Shown here: positions 1 through 9,555 of the stretch, one piece after another
Position numbering within the stretch: the first letter of the stretch is position 1
Layout: each line of letters opens with the position of its first letter
From: an uncultured bacterium
Lineage (GTDB): Bacteria > Fidelibacterota > Marinisomatia > Marinisomatales > UBA1611
NCBI GenBank assembly: GCA_943788175.1
Contig: CALSPG010000001.1
Location: 351,775-415,774 of the forward strand
Reading direction: 5' to 3'
Length of the DNA stretch: 64,000 nucleotides
Position numbers and translations under genes: made by a program
The notes under the pieces: model-generated
Databases searched by the model: none
What the model saw: only the letters and a program-made list of their open reading frames with translations
Told to the model about the DNA's origin: nothing

Positions 1-65
1 TCACCGATTTTTATGCCATCGACACTCAAGTCGTCGCCATAGCCATTTATTAATACCTCTGCCAT
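1..65 (-). CDS. Hypothetical protein, 5' part only (runs off window edge)
   Basis: ATG at 65 preceded by AGAGAG; open frame MAEVLINGYGDDLSVDGIKIG to the window edge. Confidence 0.5.
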   Translation of the reverse strand, partial: MAEVLINGYGDDLSVDGIKIG

Positions 66-114
66 AAAAACTCTCTATTTTTTGTGATTTATAAAAAAAG
101 AATCAATTAAAGGT

Positions 115-984
115 TTATTCCTCTTCAATCGAGCTGTCGAGATTATCAACAGGTACTACATTACCACTATTCTCTTGACGGTAAGCCGCATAACCAAGGG
201 TACCGACGATAATGAATAAAACCCAAAATGTAGCATAACTATATTCACTGCCAGAAAATTTTATGAGATCGGTAAACCTGCCAATAAGTAATGAAATGCG
301 ACCCATAACGGCAAAACCGAACGAGGCGCCAAAACTTATCATTAAGAAATAAATACCTATTTTTGAAGCTTTTCCTAGTAGGCCCTTATGCTCCTTTGAA
401 AAATAAAAATATAGAAGTCCGCATATCGTACCGATAAAAATAATTATATTATTAAATATTGATGGAGATGAGAGGCTAAAAACGGGCAAACTAAAGTCAA
501 GAAGATTAACAGCCGTGCCTTTAATTTGACCAAGAACATTTGAATTCAGATAACCATATGCTTTCAGCCCAGCAGCCATTCCAACAACATATGCGATACC
601 CCAGCGAGCCATCCAACTAAAACTAGGAATAAGACTAAGCAACATCATCACACCCAATGCTAAGGGTATTAAATAAGTTAAATGTTGGTCGTGCCCTTTA
701 TCAATACCACCTGCTGGAAAAATTGAACTGGAGAAAAAACTAAGTATATTATAGATAGTATACATAATAGTATCTGGGTCATAATGCTTGGCTGGAAAAA
801 GACGACCAAATAAATTTGGCTGCAGTTGAGTCCAAAATCCAAGAGACAAAAGATATCCAGCTGAAACACCTACAAAAAGATGTTCAGATGCCTTATAGAA
901 TGGGTTATCTTTATAAAGGTAAGAAAAGATGCCAATCGTTAAAAACGTGGCAACCCAAGCACCTAATATAGTCGAAAATTCCAT
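115..984 (-). CDS. Polytopic membrane protein of the GlmL/DUF6754 operon
   Basis: 289 aa, about 7 hydrophobic segments; motifs FSYLYKDNP, EHLFVGVSAGY, FLMISFGASFG..VMGRISLLIGR. Confidence 0.8.
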   Translation of the reverse strand: MEFSTILGAWVATFLTIGIFSYLYKDNPFYKASEHLFVGVSAGYLLSLGFWTQLQPNLFGRLFPAKHYDPDTIMYTIYNILSFFSSSIFPAGGIDKGHDQHLTYLIPLALGVMMLLSLIPSFSWMARWGIAYVVGMAAGLKAYGYLNSNVLGQIKGTAVNLLDFSLPVFSLSSPSIFNNIIIFIGTICGLLYFYFSKEHKGLLGKASKIGIYFLMISFGASFGFAVMGRISLLIGRFTDLIKFSGSEYSYATFWVLFIIVGTLGYAAYRQENSGNVVPVDNLDSSIEEE

Positions 985-993
985 TTTTATTCC

Positions 994-1848
994 TTAATAC
1001 TTTCTTGATCTTTTTCGTTCTATAAAAAAAGAAATATTACCAAGAACAATAAATAGCACGATTACTAAGTGAGCTACTGATTGCGCATCCATCCCGCTTG
1101 TGGCAGAACCTTTTTGATTTATTAATGATTCATATTCAGCGGCGCCAGGCATTCCAGCAAGCACACCAATCATTTGACCCGATTGGACATAAGGCATAAC
1201 CTCATTTACCTGGATAGATGTTACTCCAGAACTCATTGGTACTCCAGTAGGGTCTGCGGCATACTGCACCCACTCGATTGTACCTGGATAGCCAGCTGAA
1301 GCACTAAACAAAAAGTCGAAATCTTTAAAATTAGTTATTCCATCCATCATAGGAATGTCGTCGACCTTTGTTTGCTTTGCGTCAACAGAAAATAGTTTTC
1401 TAATATTACTAACAATCCCTTTAACCACTGCCTCCCCGCCAGGTCTATAACCAAGTAAAACATAATCTTCACCGTATGTTTTATTAAACTCGCCTTCTGC
1501 AACCTGTTTTAAAGCATCTTGAGCCATAAACTGTCCATCAGGCCATAGACAGGTAACATAAACCTTTTGATCATTTCTAAATAAATGTCTCATGATACTA
1601 ATAGTCATAGGATGATTTTCAGGCTTTGTACTGGGACTATATTCAATAGAAAGCAAAACATTTGACCCCTTAGGAAGCGCTTCTATAGCATCGTAGACAC
1701 TTTTTGAAGTATCAGTTGCTCGAATTGGAAGTCCAATTGGCACAAGCAGAGGGATGATTACAACGACAGCAATAACAATAAATATCCACCTTCTATCGAC
1801 ACTGCCAATTTTTAAAAAAATATCTTCTATTTTATTCAATTTACTCAC
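994..1848 (-). CDS. Membrane-anchored protein with central soluble alpha/beta domain (GlmL/DUF6754 operon)
   Basis: 284 aa, N- and C-terminal TM helices; motifs DRRWIF, YGEDYVLLGYRPG, PYVQSGQ..G...GM.GAAEYE; overlaps the upstream gene. Confidence 0.8.
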   Translation of the reverse strand: MSKLNKIEDIFLKIGSVDRRWIFIVIAVVVIIPLLVPIGLPIRATDTSKSVYDAIEALPKGSNVLLSIEYSPSTKPENHPMTISIMRHLFRNDQKVYVTCLWPDGQFMAQDALKQVAEGEFNKTYGEDYVLLGYRPGGEAVVKGIVSNIRKLFSVDAKQTKVDDIPMMDGITNFKDFDFLFSASAGYPGTIEWVQYAADPTGVPMSSGVTSIQVNEVMPYVQSGQMIGVLAGMPGAAEYESLINQKGSATSGMDAQSVAHLVIVLFIVLGNISFFIERKRSRKY

Positions 1849-2665
1849 CTATATAAGATCTTTCGATTCCTAGAATATAGCGAATTGAGGTCGCAAAAAT
1901 ACCCAAGCCAATTCCGATCATTATTGCACGAGCACCAGCAACATTAGGATAAAAATAAATCCATTCTTGTATTGACGGAAGATAAAATATGCCAGGTTGA
2001 TCTATTGGCCACCCCGTAATAACACCTCCTATAGTGACAAATGAAATACCCACAGCAACAAAAACGAAAGTGATCTTCATATCTTGTTTCAAACTATTTA
2101 CATAAACACCAAGACAAAGAACAATTAAATACATGATAAACCAGGAAGATATAACACCGCCGATAGGAACTCTACCGACCATGATAATAATACCAGAGAC
2201 TAAAAGCAGCGTCGCTTCAAAATTTCTTATTCTAAAAGCACGATACGAAGCTGAAGCAACAAAAAACGCCAACAAAGAAAACATTGTTGCTGACATTGGA
2301 GAAAAGACATAATCAAACATCCACTTGAAAAGAGTTCCATCTGAGGTAACGTGAGCACCCCATTGAGCGACAGAATCATCTACTCCCTTTACAAAAAAAC
2401 CAGCAATAATAGCAAAAACAAAACCAAAAACAGCAATAACACTATATTGCCAACCTGGTTTTTGATACAGAACTTTCTGCAATTGTAATTTAATTAAATT
2501 TAAAGCTCCAAGGATAATCGCAAAACTAGCTAGAACATCAAACCACTGAGTTGCATCATCCCCAACAAATTCTTTTACATTTGGTTGATCGATAAACCAA
2601 CCAAAAAGGGTAATTGAGCCGATTAGCGTAACGATGAATATAGGTATCTGTCTTTTCCAGAACAT
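1841..2665 (-). CDS. Polytopic membrane protein of the GlmL/DUF6754 operon
   Basis: 274 aa, hydrophobic; motifs ATMFSLLAFFVASASYRAFRIR and GARAIMIGIGLG...SIRYILGIERSY. Confidence 0.8.
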   Translation of the reverse strand: MFWKRQIPIFIVTLIGSITLFGWFIDQPNVKEFVGDDATQWFDVLASFAIILGALNLIKLQLQKVLYQKPGWQYSVIAVFGFVFAIIAGFFVKGVDDSVAQWGAHVTSDGTLFKWMFDYVFSPMSATMFSLLAFFVASASYRAFRIRNFEATLLLVSGIIIMVGRVPIGGVISSWFIMYLIVLCLGVYVNSLKQDMKITFVFVAVGISFVTIGGVITGWPIDQPGIFYLPSIQEWIYFYPNVAGARAIMIGIGLGIFATSIRYILGIERSYIGE

Positions 2666-2671
2666 AAACGG

Positions 2672-3535
2672 CTACCTTATTGTTAAATACTCTGTGATAT
2701 TAAAACCAATTCCAGTTGATTCAAAAATCGTCATCATAATCGCTGAAAGAACGATGACAGATATAACAACTAGCTTAATCATATCTTGACCCTTAACACC
2801 ACCGATAAGCTCAGGCTTTTGACTTAGATATGCACTGGCCGCAAAAAACTCTTCACCTATTAATGTATAGTCACAGGCAGTAACAAAAAAAGGTATTTGT
2901 GCTTGTGAAGCGGTACCTGCTATTTGAATGGCACCAATAGAATTTCCAGTTTCAGCTAAAATAAGAGACTCGGCATAAAACTTACCCATATACATACAGG
3001 CTGCAGGCTTTTCACGCAGCATAATACCATTAACGCCGGCAGCATAAGCAAATTGATCATCTGTCAAGTAGTGAACCATATCTTCATTAAACATATCTGG
3101 TCTACCCTCAAGCATGTAAGCTTCTCTGCAAGATTCTCTAGCAGCCTTCATCACGATAGATCTAGAAACAGGAACATTGAGACTAGTTTCATATCGAGCC
3201 GTCATCTTTGCGACATGACCAAGAACAACCACACCAGCAACTGTTTCAACTTGATCCATGTCCTGAATTCCAGGAACGTAAAGAATCGGTCTACCCATTT
3301 CAGTAGAACGACCCACAGCTTCTTCAACAGCTTTTAGGGCTGGAATTGGCCTTAGATAAAATTCTTCTCCGCGTTCAGCTGCTCTAATGAAATAAAGAAG
3401 AGTCGAACTAAGAGAAACGATAGCGAAAAGCATTACAAACCTTTCCGTAACGAAATAAGGATGTCCTAGTAGCCAATATGCTAGAAAAACAACTGTAATC
3501 GAAGCGATTACAAACCAAAATTTTCTATCCTTCAA
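2672..3535 (-). CDS. DUF6754-family membrane protein
   Basis: RPIPAL.AVEEAVGRSTEMGRP, QFAYAAG, FYAESLILAETG, QIPFFVTACDYTLIGEEFFAASAYLS motifs; TTG start. Confidence 0.75.
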   Translation of the reverse strand: MKDRKFWFVIASITVVFLAYWLLGHPYFVTERFVMLFAIVSLSSTLLYFIRAAERGEEFYLRPIPALKAVEEAVGRSTEMGRPILYVPGIQDMDQVETVAGVVVLGHVAKMTARYETSLNVPVSRSIVMKAARESCREAYMLEGRPDMFNEDMVHYLTDDQFAYAAGVNGIMLREKPAACMYMGKFYAESLILAETGNSIGAIQIAGTASQAQIPFFVTACDYTLIGEEFFAASAYLSQKPELIGGVKGQDMIKLVVISVIVLSAIMMTIFESTGIGFNITEYLTIR

Positions 3536-3558
3536 ATATTATCCTTAATTCCATCTTA

Positions 3559-3855
3559 CTAATCTAACATCTCAAGACGCTCAATTTCATCTAATAAAAT
3601 TGATAGAGAATCTTTTTTATTTAACAGTTCTGCAGCTCTGTAATAACCATCTGTCTGAACAAAACCATTAATTATTGGTCCCATAAAAACCATTAAATGA
3701 CTTCCAAGAGATGACAATGGCCGTACCATTTCTAAAAAAAATATTGATGGCGTAACGAAACCTGAACTATGAATTTTTTTTGCTAATCTATGAATGAAAT
3801 CAATATCTTGTTGAGATATTTTACCGTCAAGAATTTCTTTAGTCAAAGACATCAA
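3559..3855 (-). CDS. Small helical hypothetical protein within the GlmL operon
   Basis: 98 aa, 1 nt from the upstream stop; LAKKI....TPSIFFLEM.RPL motif. Confidence 0.7.
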   Translation of the reverse strand: MMSLTKEILDGKISQQDIDFIHRLAKKIHSSGFVTPSIFFLEMVRPLSSLGSHLMVFMGPIINGFVQTDGYYRAAELLNKKDSLSILLDEIERLEMLD

Positions 3856-3856
3856 A

Positions 3857-4984
3857 CTAATCAGTCTCTACAACTTCTAAATTAGAACGTGGAATTTCAA
3901 TCATCTTACCTTCAATATTAATAATTGCAACTCTAACCATTGTTTCAGACTCCATTTTCCTTAATTCAGACGGAAGCTCTTTTACAGACCCAATTTTACC
4001 AAAATTTGGAGATCGGATAACTCTAACTAAGCTACCTTCAGTCATACCAGACATTTTTTTTGAATTCTCATCATTATCTTTTTGGCTGCTTGCATCAGTA
4101 GGAATAATTATCTCGGGCCTTATTACACCAGCGCGTATTTGAGTAGCACCATTAATTGAGGCTAATCTGTCACTATTTTCTTTCAATAAATCAAATGTTT
4201 GCGCTCCCATTTGGATTTTGCCATAACCTTCTGTAACTATTAAAGAAGTAACTAAATCCTCAGAGCCAGTTATAGCCACACCAAGCGTGTATCCTAAAAT
4301 TTCTTCTAAGTCATAGTAATTAAAACCGCCAACAACAACACCAGCAACTTTGCATTCTAAGGCTTTTTTGTAGGCTTCTAAACTAATAAAACTACCGCCT
4401 ACAATTATCATTCCCTCATGTTCAGGAAGAATCATGTCAGCACTAATTTCAGAACTTCTATCTTCTGAAAGCATCTTGATTTTTCCTCGGCTTTCGCCTC
4501 CTATACCAAAGATACCCTGTACAAAAGAACCGTAGCTTTTTATTACCACACCTTCTTCAGTTATTACCTCATGAACAATACCTCGTATGTAAGCATCAAC
4601 TTCAACGGGAATTGGAGCTTCTCTAATCACAATTTGCCCTGTAATATTGGAAACTGACTCGACTGTGCCATCAACGGGACTATTTACACTGGACTTAAAA
4701 TATCCAAAGATGCCATTAGTTTGTGCAATCAAATCATTTTTACTTACCTTAGAACCTTCTTTTGCAATCATAACAGTTTCAACATCGGAAGCATCAATAT
4801 TCAACTGATTGGCGACGTTAACCATTTGCACATTTCCTGGCAAATCTGTTTTTGCAATAATATCTTCAGGAGCTACAGTATCTCCAACCGATGTATCAAC
4901 AGACCCCTTTAGCGGAAGCCTACGCTCTTTTAAAATTTTTGTTTTCTTTAATACCTTTAAACCTGGTGTATACGAATGAGCCAT
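3857..4984 (-). CDS. GlmL partner protein with biotinyl/lipoyl-like hybrid motifs and C-terminal KOW/SH3-like domain
   Basis: 375 aa; V.VGDTV.PEDIIA, EGSKVSKNDLIA and SPVDGTVE hybrid-like motifs; GSLVRVIRSPNFGKIGSV KOW-like motif; 1 nt after the glmL-like stop. Confidence 0.75.
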   Translation of the reverse strand: MAHSYTPGLKVLKKTKILKERRLPLKGSVDTSVGDTVAPEDIIAKTDLPGNVQMVNVANQLNIDASDVETVMIAKEGSKVSKNDLIAQTNGIFGYFKSSVNSPVDGTVESVSNITGQIVIREAPIPVEVDAYIRGIVHEVITEEGVVIKSYGSFVQGIFGIGGESRGKIKMLSEDRSSEISADMILPEHEGMIIVGGSFISLEAYKKALECKVAGVVVGGFNYYDLEEILGYTLGVAITGSEDLVTSLIVTEGYGKIQMGAQTFDLLKENSDRLASINGATQIRAGVIRPEIIIPTDASSQKDNDENSKKMSGMTEGSLVRVIRSPNFGKIGSVKELPSELRKMESETMVRVAIINIEGKMIEIPRSNLEVVETD

Positions 4985-4985
4985 A

Positions 4986-6803
4986 TTACTTACCTAATTC
5001 AGGATATTCATCAACAGCATCAGACCATTTTTTAAGATCTGAAATACGTTTTGAAGAAGACTTTTCTATCTGCAGAGGTCTACCACGACCATCAATGATA
5101 ATTCCAACCTGCCCACCAAATATTTTAGTATTTATTTGTTCTCCAGTGCCAGCGCCTACATCAACACTTTTTCCTGGAGTTAAAGTAGCTTTGACTTCTT
5201 CATAGCCCACTTTAATTCTTATTAAATCACCGAAACCAATATCAATGTTTTTCTTATCGCCATTTTTAAATTCTAAATTCACGTTAAGAATTTTTTCACT
5301 ACCGTTTACCTTGCCAACAGGTGCGATACAAGTACCAAGGCGAATTAAACAGTCTTTTTCAAAAACCTCTAGCGCAGCTATCCTAGCCTGCTCAGCAATT
5401 TCTTTATTTTCAATATTTGCCATTACGCCTAATTGAGGCATCATAAAAATTGAGTCTACAGCTAGTGAAGTAACTCCTTCAGGCAAAAAACTATCAATTA
5501 ACATTTTTGCTGACTGCTCTCTCCTAGGTGCATGAGATAAAACGCCACCAGATCCAACAATGAGATCAAGCTCCATCATATCTACAAGAGATTCACCAGA
5601 GTCGGATTGCTCAAAAGCATCTGAAATAGTTCTTTCTTTTTGAACACCTTTGAGATTTACCGCAAAAGCTTTGTGTTGTATAAACGATAATCTTAATGCT
5701 TCCCTGGCTATCGCTTGCTCAATTACAAGCTCTTCCAAACTCTGTGGAACTGTTGTTGGGCGAATCATTTTATTACCAATTCTATTGGTTAATTCTTTTT
5801 CATCGATATCAAAAGGCACCCAGCGAAGAACATTAGGCAGCGATGCTTCTGCAAGTACGTTACAAATTGAATAACTCATACCAAGATTTGCGCTGACAGT
5901 TCTATTAAACTGATTTTGAAAAACAGAAAAAATATCGGTAGTCGCCCCTCCAATATCAACGCCAACAACAGAAATATTTTCTTTTTTAGCGACCATTTCA
6001 ATTAGCGCACCTACTGCACCAGGAGTCGGCATAATCGGAGCATCTGTCCAACTCATAAGCTTCTTGTATCCAGGAGCTTGTTGCATGACATGTTCCATAA
6101 ACAAATCATGTATTTTATCTCTAGATGGCTTGAGATTTTCTTGCTCTAAAACAGGTCTAATGTTTTCTGTGACATCAAGATCTGTAAGTTTACCAAGTGT
6201 CTTTTTTATGTCAGAGGTTGCTTTTTTATTTCCAGCGTAAATAACGGGTAGCTTATAATTTTGGCCTAATCTTGGTTGTGGATTCGCAGCAGCTAATATT
6301 TCAGCTAGTTCAACCACGTGCTTTGTGGTGCCACCATCAATCCCGCCAGAAAGCAAAATCATATCGGGTCTTAATTGTCTTATTCTAGTAATCTTTTCAT
6401 GTGGTTTTCTGCCGTCATTAGCGGCAAGCACATCCATCACTATAGAACCGGCACCAAGGGCCGCCCGCTCAGCGCTTTCTCCAGTCATTGATTTAACAAC
6501 ACCTGCTACCATCATTTGAAGTCCTCCACCAGCAGAACTAGTAGATATGTAGATATCTACGCCATCATCTTTTTTCTGAGGCGTAATAATATTTTCACCG
6601 TCAAGTATTTTTCGACCTGAGAGCTCTTCAATCTCCATTGTAGCATTTAGAACGCCTCGAGTCACATCTTCAAAAGGAGCCTCAACAGTTGTAGGCGCCT
6701 CACCTCTAAAGGTTAAGCGATATTCACCATCAACAAATTCAATTAAAATTGCTTTTGTCGTTGTACTTCCGCAATCGGTAGCCAGTATAGAACGAAGTTT
6801 CAA
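4986..6803 (-). CDS. Glutamate mutase L (GlmL/MutL)-family ASKHA ATPase
   Basis: Phosphate-1 LATDCGSTTTK, SSAGGGL, ILLSGGIDGG, IYAGN, MPTPGAV, phosphate-2 VDIGGATTD, adenosine GSGGVL, C-terminal IDGRGRP. Confidence 0.85.
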   Translation of the reverse strand: MKLRSILATDCGSTTTKAILIEFVDGEYRLTFRGEAPTTVEAPFEDVTRGVLNATMEIEELSGRKILDGENIITPQKKDDGVDIYISTSSAGGGLQMMVAGVVKSMTGESAERAALGAGSIVMDVLAANDGRKPHEKITRIRQLRPDMILLSGGIDGGTTKHVVELAEILAAANPQPRLGQNYKLPVIYAGNKKATSDIKKTLGKLTDLDVTENIRPVLEQENLKPSRDKIHDLFMEHVMQQAPGYKKLMSWTDAPIMPTPGAVGALIEMVAKKENISVVGVDIGGATTDIFSVFQNQFNRTVSANLGMSYSICNVLAEASLPNVLRWVPFDIDEKELTNRIGNKMIRPTTVPQSLEELVIEQAIAREALRLSFIQHKAFAVNLKGVQKERTISDAFEQSDSGESLVDMMELDLIVGSGGVLSHAPRREQSAKMLIDSFLPEGVTSLAVDSIFMMPQLGVMANIENKEIAEQARIAALEVFEKDCLIRLGTCIAPVGKVNGSEKILNVNLEFKNGDKKNIDIGFGDLIRIKVGYEEVKATLTPGKSVDVGAGTGEQINTKIFGGQVGIIIDGRGRPLQIEKSSSKRISDLKKWSDAVDEYPELGK

Positions 6804-6838
6804 ATTAAAATTCTCTAAGTATAAACGTTAATTAATGT

Positions 6839-7657
6839 TTATTGATTAAAAACCAGGAGGTAAATATAAATCAAAGGCGATGAAAAAAGTAAGGAATCAA
6901 AGCGGTCCAGTATTCCTCCATGCCCTCTTAAGATATCTCCGGAATCTTTGACTCCAACATCGCGCTTAAGCAGCGACTCCCCAAAATCTCCTAGCTGGCC
7001 AAAAACACCAGAGATCAAACCAAAGACAATAGCATCAATTAAAGAGTATGTAGGTCCTAAAAAATCAAGCTTATATGCAATCAGAAACGTTAATATAGAA
7101 AAGATAAAACCAGAAATCGACCCTACCCAACTTTTTTTGGGACTTATTTTGGGAAGAATTTTTTTCTCACCAAATTTTGTTCCAAAAAAGAAAGCGGCTG
7201 TATCACATAGCCAGACAGACACAAACAATAAAAGCGTAACATTGGAATCAAAAATATGATCTAATTGCCGCAGGTGGATCAATGTTCCAAGCAAGGTTGG
7301 TACAAAAATAATCCCCAAAACAGTGTTTGCAATGTTTTGCAAGGGTTCCTTTTTATTGTTTATTATTTCAATGATAAAAAGACTAATTACAGTCATGCAT
7401 GCTAGGCCGAGTACTGTAATTTGATGATGCGCATAAACGCCAGAGTAAGCTAGTCCGATAAAAACAGTTATAATAAACCCAAATATACGATTTGGATAGC
7501 TCCCTTTTATTTCACACATTTTGAAAAACTCATCAAGGCCTAGCAACATAATCAACGTAGTAACGATGGCAAAAATTGGGTTCCCTACATAAAAACAGCC
7601 AACACCCAAGGGGACACCCAAGATTAAAATTAGCTTTCTACCTTTAAGTTCTTTCAT
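6839..7657 (-). CDS. cdsA: Phosphatidate cytidylyltransferase
   Basis: DTAAFFFG, ISPKKSWVG, GDFGESLLKRDVGVKDSG..LRGHGGILDRFDS signature. Confidence 0.95.
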   Translation of the reverse strand: MKELKGRKLILILGVPLGVGCFYVGNPIFAIVTTLIMLLGLDEFFKMCEIKGSYPNRIFGFIITVFIGLAYSGVYAHHQITVLGLACMTVISLFIIEIINNKKEPLQNIANTVLGIIFVPTLLGTLIHLRQLDHIFDSNVTLLLFVSVWLCDTAAFFFGTKFGEKKILPKISPKKSWVGSISGFIFSILTFLIAYKLDFLGPTYSLIDAIVFGLISGVFGQLGDFGESLLKRDVGVKDSGDILRGHGGILDRFDSLLFSSPLIYIYLLVFNQ

Positions 7658-7677
7658 ATCCTAATTTACTATAATCC

Positions 7678-8586
7678 TCAGGTTAAAATTAGATTATAAG
7701 TTCTACACCTTCCTTTGATTAAACTTACAGATACAGGCGACGTCCCAATAATCTCCCCATCAATATTTAATTCTCCTTTATCACCTGGATCGATAGAAAA
7801 CGATTTACATTGAACATATTCGCATGCATCGTGATCTACATGCGAGCCGTCAAATAGTTTGGGAAATACTGAAAATAACGTGAGACTAGATGCCTTTTTC
7901 ACAATGATTAGATCTATTAAGCCATCATCAATCATTGCATGAGGCGCCATCTTCATATCCTTGCCAACATATTTAGTATTACATGCGATAATAAAAGCGA
8001 AATCACCTTCTCTTTCAACTCCATCAATCGTTATTTTTGCAACTCTTCGCTTATTTTTAATAATTTCAAAAAATGAAGCAATGTTATAGCGCTGACCACC
8101 GAACATGCACGTAGCTTTTCCGCAAACACGGAAATATCAGTTGCCATTCCCCAGCCAATGAGGTTTAGTGAAAAGAAATCTTTTTGACCACAGACTTGCT
8201 TTCATGACGTCAATTTTTCTAGAGCTGTTCTCTCGCAATTATTTTCACAGCAGACTCTTGTTTAGTCGCTCCAACAGTCTTCATAAAAGAATTACCCGTA
8301 CCATTCGGCATTACTGATATAGGGACTCTATCCTCTGCCGACCTTGACAACATTCCGTTCAAAACCTCAAACAATGTACCGTCCCCGCCCATGGCGCAAA
8401 CGGAATCAAAATTAGTTAAATTTTCATTTTTCACTATATCTACGGCGTGACCCATTATACTCAGTTTTAATTAAAGTACTTTCTACGCTCATATCTTTTA
8501 AAGCACTACATATTAACAGTACTTATAGCATTATGAAAATTAATAGTCCCGCTTTTTGGATTAGCAATTAAAAGGACCTTGGTCAT
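7678..8586 (-). CDS. Diacylglycerol kinase-family (YegS/DagK) lipid kinase, split by several frameshifts
   Basis: Start at 8586 reads [13 protein letters not shown]; fragments carry GGDGTLFEVLNG, PNGTGNSF, NTKYVG and LNIDGE motifs in different frames. Confidence 0.85.
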
Positions 8587-9108
8587 TTTGGGCGATCCCT
8601 ATGATGCATATAAACACCGTCGCCCCATTCAATAACATCAACTTGTACTTTTGTTTTGCCTTCCTTAATAAAACCTAATTTTTTAGCAGCTCCGTAAGAG
8701 CAGTCGAGCATTCTTCCTTGGATATAAGGGCCCCCTATCGTTAATTCTTAAAATCAAAGATTTGCCATTTGCTAAATTTGTAACCCTTGCAACCGTATTC
8801 AAGGGGATTGTTTTATGGGCAGCAGTTAAGCCGTACATATCGTAAATCTCCCCATTTGCAGTAAGCTTCCCATGAAAATCCTCCGCATAAAATGAACTGA
8901 TACCAACCATCTTTTTTTTATGTTTGACATTGGTATTTACTGTTTTGGGATCAATAAAAACTGCCTTGCTTTTAGATTTGTTCTTTTTGAGCGGTGCCCG
9001 ATATTTTTTTTTAACCTTAGAAGTCGCCGTTCTTCCGTATCTGGGCGCGCTTGAGCAGGCTGCGAAGACTAAAAAAACCAGAACATAAATGAGCCTTCTA
9101 TGAATCAT
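8583..9108 (-). CDS. rlpA: Septal ring lytic transglycosylase RlpA-family lipoprotein (one frameshift near 8730)
   Basis: Lipobox FAAC; [33 protein letters not shown]; the shifted frame continues [15 protein letters not shown] to TGA at 8583, overlapping the next ATG. Confidence 0.88.
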
Positions 9109-9553
9109 TTATTTGCCTCAATGCTTCGTATAATACTATACCTACGCTCGTTGCCAAATTTAGACTCCGTATATTTCTATTTTTCATTGGTATCGTACAA
9201 GCATTCTCAGGATACTTGTTTAGAATTTTTTCTGAAATACCAGCAGTCTCACTGCCAAAAATAATAATGTCATTAGATGCATACTTTCTTTTTGTATAAA
9301 TATTTTTTGATTTTGTCGTCATTAAATGAAAATTATTTTTAAAAGTATTTTCACAATACTGATTTAAATCTGGAAAACATTCCCAATTTATGTAATTCCA
9401 ATAGTCTAACCCTGCTCTTTTTAAATATTTATCACTCATATCAAACCCAAGTTTTCCGACTAAATCTAATTTTACATCGTTTGCGCCACACAAGCGCGCA
9501 ATGTTTCCGGTATTCGGCGGTATCTGGGGCTCAAATAATGAAATTGTTAACAT
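9098..9553 (-). CDS. trmL: tRNA (cytidine(34)-2'-O)-methyltransferase
   Basis: [50 protein letters not shown]. Confidence 0.95.
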   Translation of the reverse strand: MLTISLFEPQIPPNTGNIARLCGANDVKLDLVGKLGFDMSDKYLKRAGLDYWNYINWECFPDLNQYCENTFKNNFHLMTTKSKNIYTKRKYASNDIIIFGSETAGISEKILNKYPENACTIPMKNRNIRSLNLATSVGIVLYEALRQINDS

Positions 9554-9555
9554 GT

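Noticed and set aside
4986-6803. Calling this DNA mismatch-repair MutL or evidence of glutamate fermentation
   Set aside because: The motifs are ASKHA, not GHKL, so the name overlap is coincidental; no mutase subunits are in the window.
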